A program made the translations under genes and the position numbers. Below the pieces are notes generated by a model, which was given only the letters and a program-made list of their open reading frames with translations, had not been told where the DNA came from and did no database searches. This document shows, one piece after another, positions 8,160-18,342 of a stretch of DNA of 64,000 nt; the first letter of the stretch is position 1; each line of letters starts with the position of its first letter. Origin of the DNA: an uncultured Victivallales bacterium (lineage in GTDB: Bacteria; Verrucomicrobiota; Kiritimatiellia; UBA8416); the NCBI GenBank assembly GCA_964576795.1, contig CAZNWT010000004.1, positions 35,707-99,706 on the forward strand, read 5' to 3'.

Positions 8160-8906
8160 TCAAGGGTTTCCCATCCACAAGCCGCCATCAACATGGAGGA
8201 CTTGGCCGGTGATGTAGTTTGACGATTCCGAAAGCAGAAAGGCAGCAACGCTACCAATTTCCGAGGGGGTTGCAAAGCGTCCCATGGGAATGTTGAGTCC
8301 GGCGCGCATGGTTTCTGGAAGTCGAGCTGTCATATCGGTTTCAACCATGCCGGGAGAGATGGCGTTGACGCGGATGCCGAGTCGTGCGGCTTCGAAGGCA
8401 AGGGATTTTGTGAGGCTGATGAGTCCTGCTTTGCTGGCTGCGTAGTCGGCCCCCATCCATTTTCCGGGGCCATGTGCAGCAAGTGAGGCAATATTGACGA
8501 TGCTGCCAGAGCGTTGTTTGCGCATGATGTCATAGGCCGCCCTGCAGATGCCGGCGGCGGCTTCGAGGTTGAGGCGGAACGTGTTACGCCATTTTTCCGG
8601 AGTGATTCCGCGAAAAGCTATGGCTTGTCCTCCTCCGGCATTATTCACTACCCCATCCAGTCTCCCCGCAATTTTCAGAAAATCGGCAACAAGGCGTTCT
8701 GTTACAGTTTCTTCGGTCAGATTCCCCACGAGGGCAATCGTTTGTGCGGAATTTAGTTCGGCACACACGGCTTCAACCTGTTGGCGGGATCGGCCATGAA
8801 TGCCGACAATAGCCCCTTTTGTAAGCAGGTGCTCTGCGATTCCCCGGCCGATGCCGCGAGTGGATCCAGTAACGAGGATAGCGGAGTCTTTAAAAGCATC
8901 ATTCAC
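8160..8906 (-). CDS. fabG: 3-oxoacyl-ACP reductase (SDR family)
   Basis: 248 aa. TGSTRGIGRGIA Rossmann motif, YAASKAG catalytic motif. Adjacent to fabF. Confidence 0.85.
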   Translation of the reverse strand: MNDAFKDSAILVTGSTRGIGRGIAEHLLTKGAIVGIHGRSRQQVEAVCAELNSAQTIALVGNLTEETVTERLVADFLKIAGRLDGVVNNAGGGQAIAFRGITPEKWRNTFRLNLEAAAGICRAAYDIMRKQRSGSIVNIASLAAHGPGKWMGADYAASKAGLISLTKSLAFEAARLGIRVNAISPGMVETDMTARLPETMRAGLNIPMGRFATPSEIGSVAAFLLSESSNYITGQVLHVDGGLWMGNP

Positions 8907-8937
8907 GGCGTTATTTGTTTCTTTCGATTGTGGCGAA

Positions 8938-10029
8938 TCAACCGCCCAGGATACGACTTCCTTCGTCGAGGAAGATGCCCTGTAGGTTCATGCGTAGGGA
9001 TTCAGGATTGGATGCAAAGTGCATGCCGTCGGCTTCCGAAATGGAGCCAGCTTTAATGAGTTCGTATATGGATTGATTGAAGGATTGCATGCCGTCTTCT
9101 CCGCCTGTTTCGATTGCCGCGGACAGGACGTCGAGTTGGTTGCGTTCGAGAAGTTTGCGGACGGTTGAGGTGTTGATGAGAATTTCACAAGCCGGAACAA
9201 CGCCGCCATCTACAGCGGGAATCAGACGTTGGCACACGACGGCCTTAAGGTTGGCCGCGATAGCCATGCGAATTGAAGTGTGTTCTGAGGCTGGAAATAC
9301 GTCTAGAATTCGGGGTACGGAAAGGTCGGCGGTTCCTGCATGAAGTGTTGAGAGTACGAGATGTCCGGTCTCGGCCGCCAGAAATGCGGTGCGAATACTG
9401 GTTGGGTCACGCATTTCGCCAATCAGAATGACATCGGGATCCTGGCGCATCAGGTGTTTGAGAGAGCTATTAAAGCTTAGGGTGTCGAGGCCAACTTCGC
9501 GCTGTGTGATCACGGATTGATCGTCAGCGAATACGTATTCAATGGGGTCTTCCACGGTGATGATACGGCGACGTTGTGTGCGGTTGATTTCGCCAAGGAT
9601 CGCAGCCAGTGTCGTTGATTTTCCGCTGCCGGTTGTTCCGCAGAGTAGGATGATGCCCCGTTTGATATGGGCGAGATCGGCCACTTGTTCAGGCGTGTGA
9701 ATTTCCTCAAATGTTGGAATCTTGTCCTTCACGTGACGAAAGGCGAGTGTGGGTGTTCCCTGACACATGAAGAGATTAACTCGGAATCGACCGACGTCTT
9801 CTTCGGCATGCGAAAAATCTGTTTCGTGTTCACGCTCAAAAACCTCTTTCAGGTAGGTGGGAAGGATATCGTCGATGATGGCTAGCAAGTAATCAGGAGA
9901 AAGCTTCTCGAACCCGCTTTCGGTGAGTTCGCTGTTGATTCGGTAAAAGGGTTCTTGATTGGTCTTGATATGGATGTCAGAGGCACCCAGCTCAATTGCG
10001 CGTGATAAAAGATCATGTAGAATCGACAT
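8938..10029 (-). CDS. pilT: type IV pilus retraction ATPase PilT
   Basis: 363 aa. Walker A GTTGSGKSTT, Asp box and His box of PilT/PilU secretion ATPases. Confidence 0.85.
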   Translation of the reverse strand: MSILHDLLSRAIELGASDIHIKTNQEPFYRINSELTESGFEKLSPDYLLAIIDDILPTYLKEVFEREHETDFSHAEEDVGRFRVNLFMCQGTPTLAFRHVKDKIPTFEEIHTPEQVADLAHIKRGIILLCGTTGSGKSTTLAAILGEINRTQRRRIITVEDPIEYVFADDQSVITQREVGLDTLSFNSSLKHLMRQDPDVILIGEMRDPTSIRTAFLAAETGHLVLSTLHAGTADLSVPRILDVFPASEHTSIRMAIAANLKAVVCQRLIPAVDGGVVPACEILINTSTVRKLLERNQLDVLSAAIETGGEDGMQSFNQSIYELIKAGSISEADGMHFASNPESLRMNLQGIFLDEGSRILGG

Positions 10030-10242
10030 TTTGCTTTTCTCCTAATAGGCCAATATTCGTCGTGAAGAGCACGCTAGCGTTTTCGGAGGTGTGGGTCAAT
10101 ACGCAGGCTTATCTGAGGATTCTTCTTTATTAACGGTAGGTGGCATCTCCGTCATTTGTCCGGGCCCACCCGTGGGGCGGGAATACGCCATGCAATGGTG
10201 CACTACAACGCGCAACACAGTCACGCACTACACCGAAAATAC

Positions 10243-11346
10243 TTACCGTATGCGTGTCACCATCCAGAGCCCAATCAGGCCGAACACCACATTTGATAAC
10301 CAAGCGCCTACCCATGTTGGCACAAGCCCCGATGACCCGAGTATGAGTCCGACTTGCGCGAGGGCATAGAAACCCACCAGCAGTGAAATGGCAGTGAAGA
10401 CGGCGGTTAGCATGCCTTGTCTTCCGGTTCGCGTTCCCGCTGGAATGGCAAAAAGAACTACGATCAAACAAGCCCAGGGCATTGCCAGATGGCTGTGCAG
10501 CGTATACCACTTTTCGGCTAAGGCCTTTTTCGAGAGGCTATCTTTGTGAATCTTGAGATAGAGATACATTTCGCGGACATTGAGGAAGATCCAGGGGCGA
10601 ACCGTACTGACAAAAGAGGAGGGATGCTCGTTATAGTCGCGCATTTCGACGACGCTCTCTTCACTGGTGCCCATGAGTGTCTCTTCGCCAATGGGGTTGT
10701 CATTGGTGCCAAAGCGCTGAATACGGGGGCCGTAGAACCACCACTTTCCGTCCAAGTATTCGGCCTTTTGTGTTGTTGTGATGCTCTGTCGAAGCCCCTC
10801 GGGGTTTTCCTGTCGAACTTCAACATGCTTAAGCTGTCGTGGGTGCTTTGCGTCCAGTTCCTGGATGATCCATCGGCGTGAGGCTGTTGGGTTCAGGTAG
10901 ATGCACTGGTCAACGACTTGGGTTTCAAGAGGGCGAAACTTGTTTGCCTTTACTTCCTCAGCCCATTGCATGGCGTGTGGCGTCACGGTTTCATTTAGTA
11001 CTGCGGTTGCCAGGCTGAATACAAATCCAACAGCAAGAAAGGGAATCATGATTCGGTAGATGCTAATGCCGCTGGCACGCATGGCGACGAGTTCATTGCT
11101 GTTGGTGAGTCCATAGAGCGTGTAGAGCGCTGCCAGCATGAGAGAGGCTGGGACCAAGTACTGCATTGTGGGACCCAGAATGGAGATGTAAAAGCGAACA
11201 ACAAAGTGCCAGGGGGGCTTGGCTTGGATGATGCGGTTCAAGTCACCAAACAGTTCGTTGATGATCAGAATGATGCCAAAGGCAATCAAGCAATACGCTA
11301 CGGGCGTTAGAAATTCCCGCAATAAATGTTTGTCGATCAGTTTCAT
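10243..11346 (-). CDS. LptF/LptG (YjgP/YjgQ) family LPS export permease
   Basis: 367 aa. Transmembrane helices flanking a periplasmic beta-jellyroll domain, typical family layout. Confidence 0.8.
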   Translation of the reverse strand: MKLIDKHLLREFLTPVAYCLIAFGIILIINELFGDLNRIIQAKPPWHFVVRFYISILGPTMQYLVPASLMLAALYTLYGLTNSNELVAMRASGISIYRIMIPFLAVGFVFSLATAVLNETVTPHAMQWAEEVKANKFRPLETQVVDQCIYLNPTASRRWIIQELDAKHPRQLKHVEVRQENPEGLRQSITTTQKAEYLDGKWWFYGPRIQRFGTNDNPIGEETLMGTSEESVVEMRDYNEHPSSFVSTVRPWIFLNVREMYLYLKIHKDSLSKKALAEKWYTLHSHLAMPWACLIVVLFAIPAGTRTGRQGMLTAVFTAISLLVGFYALAQVGLILGSSGLVPTWVGAWLSNVVFGLIGLWMVTRIR

Positions 11347-11360
11347 AGGCCTAGGAGCCT

Positions 11361-11444
11361 GTCGGTTTTAAAGAGCCTACGCGATTAATTGATTTCACGG
11401 TTCGTCCTTATCATATTGTTTCTACCTTGTGCATACAGGCTGCG
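11361..11444. repeat. ~85 nt intergenic repeat, copy A (second copy at 49686..49769)
   Basis: gtcggtYttaaagagMctacRcgattaattgatttcacggttcRtcctYatcatattgYttctRccttgtKcatacaggctgc. About 90 % identical between copies. Each copy sits 7-15 nt upstream of a minus-strand gene start (lptF/G, mfd). Confidence 0.6.
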
Positions 11445-11574
11445 TAGGAGAGTAGCGGGTAACGGGCTACGGATTCAAGGTTCAAAGGAGCCGGGTTTGC
11501 CGATTGACTCACCATGGTGGTTTCGATAAGGTGTGCCAAATTTTTATCAGGTGTAGCTGGAATGAAACACATAA

Positions 11575-12597
<1,023 letters not shown>

Positions 12598-12627
12598 GTC
12601 ACCAGAGACTTAAGCAAAACAAATTGA

Positions 12628-12670
12628 GGGCACTGAGGTCATGCATGGCCTCAGTGTCCTTGTTCACATT
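12628..12670 (+). terminator. stem-loop between gap and pgk (partial terminator or attenuator)
   Basis: gggcactgagg-tcatgcatgg-cctcagtgtcc forms an 11-bp stem, followed by a moderately U-rich tract (ttgttcacatt). Confidence 0.4.
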
Positions 12671-12712
12671 AGGGACAGCGCTTCTGGCGCGATGATATAA
12701 GGAAGTGGCGTT

Positions 12713-13963
12713 ATGAACAAAAAGACAATTAGAGATATCAATTTCGACGGTAAGCGCGTCCTCATGCGTGTGGATTTCAATGTTCCGCTGGATGGTGCAA
12801 CCGTAAGTGATGATACCCGGATTCGCACGGCTATTCCCTCTATTCAGTATATTTTGGATCAGGGAGGCTCTCTGGTGTTGATGAGCCATCTCGGTCGGCC
12901 CAAGGGTAAGGTTAACCCAGAGTTTAGCCTGAAGCCCGCTGCTGACAAACTCGCCGAGTTGATGCAGCGTGAGGTGAAATTTGCCCCTGATTGTGTGGGG
13001 GATGAGGTGAGCACAATGGCAAAAAGTCTTGAGCGTGGCGGCATTCTGGTGCTCGAGAATCTGCGTTTCCATCCCGAAGAAGAGGGGAAACCCGACTTGG
13101 CTGACGATGCCAGCGATGCGGATAAAGCTGCTGCAAAAGCAGAAATGAAAGTGAAGCAGGAAGCCTTTGCGGCACAGCTTGCCGAACTTGGCGATGTCTA
13201 TGTCAGTGATGCCTTTGGTACGGCCCACCGCGCCCATGCCTCTATGGCGGTTGTGACAAAGCATTTTGAGGAGTGTGCGGCTGGATTTTTGCTGGAAAAG
13301 GAAATCACCTATTTAGGGAATGCGGTTGCTAATCCCGAGCGTCCGTTTGTCGCGATTCTTGGCGGGGCCAAGATCAGCGGCAAGATTGACGTGCTTATGA
13401 ATCTTATGGATAAGGTCGATACGATTATTGTCGGGGGCGGCATGGTCTTCACGTTTTACAAGGCGATGGGGCTTCCCATTGGAAATTCTCTGGTTGAAGA
13501 GGATCGAGTTGCATTGGCCAAAGCAACGTTGGATCAGGTTAAGCTCAAGGGCGTTAACTTCCTGCTTCCGGTTGACCATGTGATTGCAGATGCATTCAGT
13601 GCCGATGCCAAGACGCGTATTGTTGACGAAGATGGTATTGCGGATGGGTGGATGGCGCTGGACATTGGTCCAAAAACCATTGCACTATTCTCTGATGCGG
13701 TTTCCCATGCCAAGACCGTGGTTTGGAATGGCCCGATGGGTTGTTTTGAAATGGCGCCGTTTGCTGAGGGCACCATGGCTTTAGCTAAGGCCATTGCTGA
13801 TACGGATTGCACCAGTATTATTGGCGGTGGTGATAGCGTGAGTGCGGTCAACAAGAGTGGCTTAGCTGACAAGATGACGCATATCAGCACGGGGGGGGGT
13901 GCCAGCCTTGAGTTTCTTGAGGGTAAGGCTCTCCCGGGCATTATGGCTCTAAGCGATAAATAA
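12713..13963 (+). CDS. pgk: phosphoglycerate kinase
   Basis: 416 aa. Conserved PGK N- and C-domain motifs (RVDFNVP, GGGASLE). Confidence 0.95.
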   Translation: MNKKTIRDINFDGKRVLMRVDFNVPLDGATVSDDTRIRTAIPSIQYILDQGGSLVLMSHLGRPKGKVNPEFSLKPAADKLAELMQREVKFAPDCVGDEVSTMAKSLERGGILVLENLRFHPEEEGKPDLADDASDADKAAAKAEMKVKQEAFAAQLAELGDVYVSDAFGTAHRAHASMAVVTKHFEECAAGFLLEKEITYLGNAVANPERPFVAILGGAKISGKIDVLMNLMDKVDTIIVGGGMVFTFYKAMGLPIGNSLVEEDRVALAKATLDQVKLKGVNFLLPVDHVIADAFSADAKTRIVDEDGIADGWMALDIGPKTIALFSDAVSHAKTVVWNGPMGCFEMAPFAEGTMALAKAIADTDCTSIIGGGDSVSAVNKSGLADKMTHISTGGGASLEFLEGKALPGIMALSDK

Positions 13964-13974
13964 AGGAATACAGA

Positions 13975-14745
13975 ATGAGTAAGGTAAGAAAACGGATTAT
14001 TGCAGGCAACTGGAAGATGAATAAATCCGTAGCGGAGTCCAAAGATCTCGCAACGGATATTAAGCGTGAGTTGGGGGATTGTCGTGATGTAGATGTGGTC
14101 ATTTGTCCCCCGTTTACATCGCTTCAGGTTGTTGGCGAAGCTATTGATAACACGCAGATTAAGTTTGGTGCACAGAATATGCATTGGGAGAGTGATGGTG
14201 CCTATACAGGTGAAATCTCTGCAAACATGCTGCGCTCGATATACTGTCATTATGTTATTCTCGGACACAGTGAGCGCCGATGCTACTTTGGTGAGACGGA
14301 TGAAATCGTCAACAAGAAGACAAAAGCCGCTTTGGCTGCCAATTTGATCCCTATTGTCTGCATTGGTGAGACCCTTGAAGAACGCCAGTCTGAAAAACAC
14401 AAAATGGTTGTAAAGGCTCAGCTTGAAGGAAGTTTGGCGGGAATTAGTGCTGAAGATATTAAGCGCATTGTTCTTGCCTATGAGCCAGTTTGGGCGATTG
14501 GTACGGGTGAGGTTGCCTCGCCGGAGCAGGCGCAGGACATGCACGCATTCATCCGCTCTGTACTTGTTGAGATTGCGAATGCTGAGATTGCTTCGGGAGT
14601 GCGGATTCAATATGGTGGAAGCATGAAACCCTCGAATGCAGCTGAACTGCTTTCACAACCGGATATTGATGGCGGTCTTATTGGCGGCGCTGCTCTTGAT
14701 GCCCGTTCTTTTGTTGAGCTTATTAAAATAGCGCAGAGCGAATAG
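13975..14745 (+). CDS. tpiA: triosephosphate isomerase
   Basis: 256 aa. AGNWKMN, GHSERR, AYEPVWAIGTG motifs. Confidence 0.95.
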   Translation: MSKVRKRIIAGNWKMNKSVAESKDLATDIKRELGDCRDVDVVICPPFTSLQVVGEAIDNTQIKFGAQNMHWESDGAYTGEISANMLRSIYCHYVILGHSERRCYFGETDEIVNKKTKAALAANLIPIVCIGETLEERQSEKHKMVVKAQLEGSLAGISAEDIKRIVLAYEPVWAIGTGEVASPEQAQDMHAFIRSVLVEIANAEIASGVRIQYGGSMKPSNAAELLSQPDIDGGLIGGAALDARSFVELIKIAQSE

Positions 14746-14762
14746 AGACAGGGATACTCAAT

Positions 14763-15272
14763 ATGACGATTATTTACGGATTTTTAATTGTGTTGGAAGC
14801 TCTGGTCAGTGCACTGCTGATTGGCGTGATTTTTTTGCAGAAATCGAAGGGTGGTATGGGTGGTGCTGCATTTGGAGGTGGCATGGGTGAAGCCATCTTT
14901 GGTTCTCGAATGGGCAACGTGCTGACCAAAGTGACTGTGGTTCTGGCAATTGTCTTCCTTACAAACACGATCCTCCTCACGATTCTTACGGCACGCCGAG
15001 ATATAGGTGGATCTGGATCTGTCGTGGATAAGGGATTGGTTGAGCCCATTGCCGCTCCTGCGCCTATGGGTGGACCTGTTCCGACGACTCCGTTGTCTGT
15101 ACCCGAGCCTATCGCAGTTCCTGATGATGCCGGTGCAATGAACACAACCCCCGTTGCTCCCTCACCGATGGTTGATGTCCCCTCGACGGTTTCAGACGTC
15201 CCGGCTGAGGATGTTGCTGTGGATATGCCTGAAGAAGCTGTGGCTCCTGCTGAGGTTCCTGTAGAGGAGTAA
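14763..15272 (+). CDS. secG: preprotein translocase SecG with long Pro/Ala/Val-rich C-terminal extension
   Basis: N-terminal LIVLEALVSALLIGVIFLQKSKGGMGGAAFGG is the SecG signature. Canonical gap-pgk-tpi-secG order. Confidence 0.8.
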   Translation: MTIIYGFLIVLEALVSALLIGVIFLQKSKGGMGGAAFGGGMGEAIFGSRMGNVLTKVTVVLAIVFLTNTILLTILTARRDIGGSGSVVDKGLVEPIAAPAPMGGPVPTTPLSVPEPIAVPDDAGAMNTTPVAPSPMVDVPSTVSDVPAEDVAVDMPEEAVAPAEVPVEE

Positions 15273-15294
15273 ACAGTTCAAAGTGCGATTATTG

Positions 15295-15333
15295 AGCTCT
15301 TTGCCCGGGTACGGGTAAAGGGCTCTTTTTTGC
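15295..15333 (+). terminator. intrinsic terminator after secG
   Basis: agctctttgcccg-ggta-cgggtaaagggct forms a 13-bp stem with 2 G.U pairs, followed by cttttttgc. Confidence 0.6.
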
Positions 15334-15334
15334 T

Positions 15335-15736
15335 TTAGTTACTGGCGTTGTATACGTGAGTTTCGATTCCGCTTTCGCAGGTTGGCGATCTATCAAGTGC
15401 ATTGTAGAAGCATTCCGCACCCGTTGGACAGATGGGGCGTTTGCCGCCCTTGATGTATGTTGATATGATGTTCATGTAACTTGGGTTTCCAATGGTGCCA
15501 GGGCCATCGGAACTGCCCCATCCATTTGAGAATGCAGCCAATTCTTTTGCTGCGGACATTTGGCGCAGGTTGTTGACGCATGCAGAACGAACAGAATCTG
15601 TGCGTGCCCTCAGGAAAGAGGGGATGGCCAAAGCGGCGAGCATGCCAATGACAGCGACAACGATCATGATCTCAACGAGCGTGAATCCGTGGGAGTGTCG
15701 CGAATGTTGGACTCTGGTATCTGTGACGAAGTTCAT
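15335..15736 (-). CDS. prepilin-type N-terminal cleavage/methylation domain protein (H-X9-DG/DUF1559-like pseudopilin)
   Basis: 133 aa. GFTLVEIMIVVAVIGMLAALAIP class-III signal sequence. This family is hugely expanded in PVC bacteria. Confidence 0.75.
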   Translation of the reverse strand: MNFVTDTRVQHSRHSHGFTLVEIMIVVAVIGMLAALAIPSFLRARTDSVRSACVNNLRQMSAAKELAAFSNGWGSSDGPGTIGNPSYMNIISTYIKGGKRPICPTGAECFYNALDRSPTCESGIETHVYNASN

Positions 15737-15893
15737 AGGCGAAAAAGATGACAGTTTGCAGAAGACGTATTAACCACTTATAATTGTACAGAATATATCT
15801 TTGTATTACCACCGCGATATCTATGGGCTTTTCGGACTCCGACTAACATGCTCAAAACCGTGGGGTCAATTTTCTCGTCTAACCTATAACGCA

Positions 15894-16754
15894 TTACTGT
15901 CGCGTGGAGCGCGGGTCAAGTGCATCACGTAGACCGTCGCCAAGGAAATTCAGGGCGAAGAGGGTGACCGACAACACAATGCCAGGGTAAATGAGAAGCC
16001 ACGGGTACGTTTCCATCATGCGGGCACCATCGCGTATGAGAAGTCCCCACGAACTTTGGGGGGCCTGAATGCCAAGTCCCAGAAAGCTGAGAAAAGATTC
16101 CAGCAGCATAACGCGAGGAATGGTCAGCGTGGTGTAGACAATGACTGGGCCTATGACATTGGGTACGATGTGTCTCGAAACAATGCGTGTGTGTGAGAAG
16201 CCGAGGACGGAAACGGCTTTGATGTAAGGCTGTTGTTTGATGGAGAGAACCTGCCCTCGCACGATTCGGGCCATCGTGAGCCATTCCACGGCACCAATGG
16301 CGACAAAGAGTAGCAGCAGATTGCGGCCAAATACGACCATCAATATGATGACAAATACGGTGAAGGGCAGCGCATAAAGAATGTCAACCATCCGCATCAT
16401 AACGTTGTCAACATTTCCCCCGATGTAACCGGAAATGGCGCCGTAGGTAACCCCGATCAGGAGTGATACAAGTGTGGCGCAGAGTCCCACCGCCAGCGAA
16501 ATACGCCCCCCGTAGAGCATCCGTGTGAGAAGATCACGACCGAGATCGTCTGTGCCAAGAAAGTGAGTAAAGGAGGGTGGAGTACCCCCCAGAATGAGGT
16601 CTTGTTGCTCGTAGCTGTATGGCGTAAGCACGGGTGCCAGTATTGCGGCGCTTATTAGGATAGCCAGTATAATAATGCCCAAAATGGCCATGCGATTGCG
16701 CTTGAGGCGTTTCCACATTTGTTTCCAGGGAGATGCGGGTTGGTGTGCGGTCAT
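15894..16754 (-). CDS. ABC peptide transporter permease (DppC/OppC type)
   Basis: 286 aa. EAA-loop region (GTDDLGRDLLTR). Overlaps the upstream permease by 4 nt. Confidence 0.85.
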   Translation of the reverse strand: MTAHQPASPWKQMWKRLKRNRMAILGIIILAILISAAILAPVLTPYSYEQQDLILGGTPPSFTHFLGTDDLGRDLLTRMLYGGRISLAVGLCATLVSLLIGVTYGAISGYIGGNVDNVMMRMVDILYALPFTVFVIILMVVFGRNLLLLFVAIGAVEWLTMARIVRGQVLSIKQQPYIKAVSVLGFSHTRIVSRHIVPNVIGPVIVYTTLTIPRVMLLESFLSFLGLGIQAPQSSWGLLIRDGARMMETYPWLLIYPGIVLSVTLFALNFLGDGLRDALDPRSTRQ

Positions 16755-17671
16755 GACCCTACTCTCAGTCGGGGGTTCAGGCTTGCCAGAACGACATCAA
16801 CGAGCGTGTTGAATACGATGACCAAAGCGGAGTAGAATACAACAAGCCCAAGTACCAGAGTGTAGTCGCGGTTGAAAGCCCCCATGACAAACATTTTCCC
16901 GAGTCCGGGAATGTGAAAGATGGTCTCAACCACGAATGATCCTGTGATGAGTCCGGCCACGGCGGGACCGAGGAAGGAAACCACAGGAAAGATGCCGGGC
17001 TTCAATGCGTGAAGTCCGATGATACGCGATTCGCGAAGCCCCTTTGCTCGGGCGGTTCTGATGAAGTCTTGTGGTAGAATATCCAGCATGCCTGCCCGTG
17101 AGAGTCGAGCGATGTATGCGGCGTAGGCTGAACCGAGCGTGATGGCAGGCAAGATTCGATCAGATGGCATATCCCAGCCTGAGGCATTGAGCCATCCGAG
17201 CCCAAGTGCAAACGCGAGAACCAGTAGCGGACCCAGAACAAAAGCGGGGACACAAATGCCAATCATCGCCAAAGACATAGGGATATAGTCAAGCGCTGTG
17301 TTTGGTCGTAGGGATGCGGTAATACCGGCCGGCAGTCCCAGGAGTAGCGCAACAAGGAGTGCCCATAATCCTAACTCAAGCGAGACCGGGAATGTTTCGG
17401 CAATAATTTCGTTGACCGACCGATTTTGGTATTTGAGCGAAGGCCCCAGGTCGCCGTGCAGCAGGTTTCGAAGGTAATGCACATACTGCTTTGGCAAGGA
17501 GTCGTTCAGCCCGTAGTGCTGGTTTAATTGGTCGATGGCTTGTTGCGGGTATTGCTTTTCTTCTGTGAAGGGGCCTCCCGGGGCCAAACGCACCAAGACA
17601 AAAGTGAGGGTAACCGTTGCCCATAGGACGGGGATCATGGTTAGCAGTCGACGAGTCAGAAACTTCAGCAT
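16751..17671 (-). CDS. ABC peptide transporter permease (DppB/OppB type)
   Basis: 306 aa. BPD_transp_1 topology. No ATPase or substrate-binding gene adjacent. Confidence 0.85.
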   Translation of the reverse strand: MLKFLTRRLLTMIPVLWATVTLTFVLVRLAPGGPFTEEKQYPQQAIDQLNQHYGLNDSLPKQYVHYLRNLLHGDLGPSLKYQNRSVNEIIAETFPVSLELGLWALLVALLLGLPAGITASLRPNTALDYIPMSLAMIGICVPAFVLGPLLVLAFALGLGWLNASGWDMPSDRILPAITLGSAYAAYIARLSRAGMLDILPQDFIRTARAKGLRESRIIGLHALKPGIFPVVSFLGPAVAGLITGSFVVETIFHIPGLGKMFVMGAFNRDYTLVLGLVVFYSALVIVFNTLVDVVLASLNPRLRVGS

Positions 17672-18054
17672 AGGGGACTATGGGTTGGAGGGGCTTGTAT
17701 TGTCAAGGGCAGCGACGGTTGGTGATCAAAGAGCATGAGGAGTTCGGAGGGGTGGTTAATGATGGCGTTTGCCCCGCTGGCGAACAGTTCATCTCGATCG
17801 CGGAACCCCCATGTGCATCCGACGGCAAAGATTCCCGCAGTCGTGGCCGTTTGCATATCGGTGTTGGTGTCGCCAACGTATAGCCATGCTTCTTTGGGTA
17901 TCCCCGTGGAGGTTATGCTGGCTTGTGCGCCAGCAGGGTTGGGCTTGTTGGATAGAATTGCCAGCTTTGCCTTTCTAGCCTTCAAGGCGTTGAGCATTTC
18001 AAGGATGTCGAGTAGCGTTCCGTCCAGGTCAAACATGACCGCTTTCTTTTTCAT
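17665..18054 (-). CDS. cap-less HAD-superfamily hydrolase
   Basis: MKKKAVMFDLDGTLLD (motif I), LAILSNKP (II/III), YVGDTNTDMQ (IV). Motifs I and II are only ~25 aa apart, so there is no cap domain. Confidence 0.6.
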   Translation of the reverse strand: MKKKAVMFDLDGTLLDILEMLNALKARKAKLAILSNKPNPAGAQASITSTGIPKEAWLYVGDTNTDMQTATTAGIFAVGCTWGFRDRDELFASGANAIINHPSELLMLFDHQPSLPLTIQAPPTHSPLC

Positions 18055-18219
18055 GACTTTGCGCCGGTGTTTCCCCTCTGACGACAATTGTTGTGGTGAG
18101 ATGCCTGTGTGCCGGTGAAAGGCTTTTGAGAAGGTGCTGGCATCGGGGTAGCCGAGTCCGAAGGCAATGGGTTTTACGAGGAGATCGCTGTGGAGAAGCA
18201 AGTTTTCTGTGGCCTCCAT
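18055..18219 (-). pseudogene. remnant of an AraC-family regulator (C-terminal half of HTH domain only) fused in-frame upstream of the HAD gene
   Basis: ...GLGYPDASTFSKAFHRHTGISPQQ is the distal AraC HTH. There is no N-terminal sensor domain and no first helix-turn-helix. Only intergenic DNA lies upstream. Confidence 0.45.
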
Positions 18220-18342
18220 GCGTAGTGTGACATGACAATATCCAAATATGACATCAATTATGGCTTTGAAGTTTGTTTATGACATGTAACGATGATCTAA
18301 GTCGAAACAAATGTGTGATGGTAAAATTTGGGAGAATCTGGA

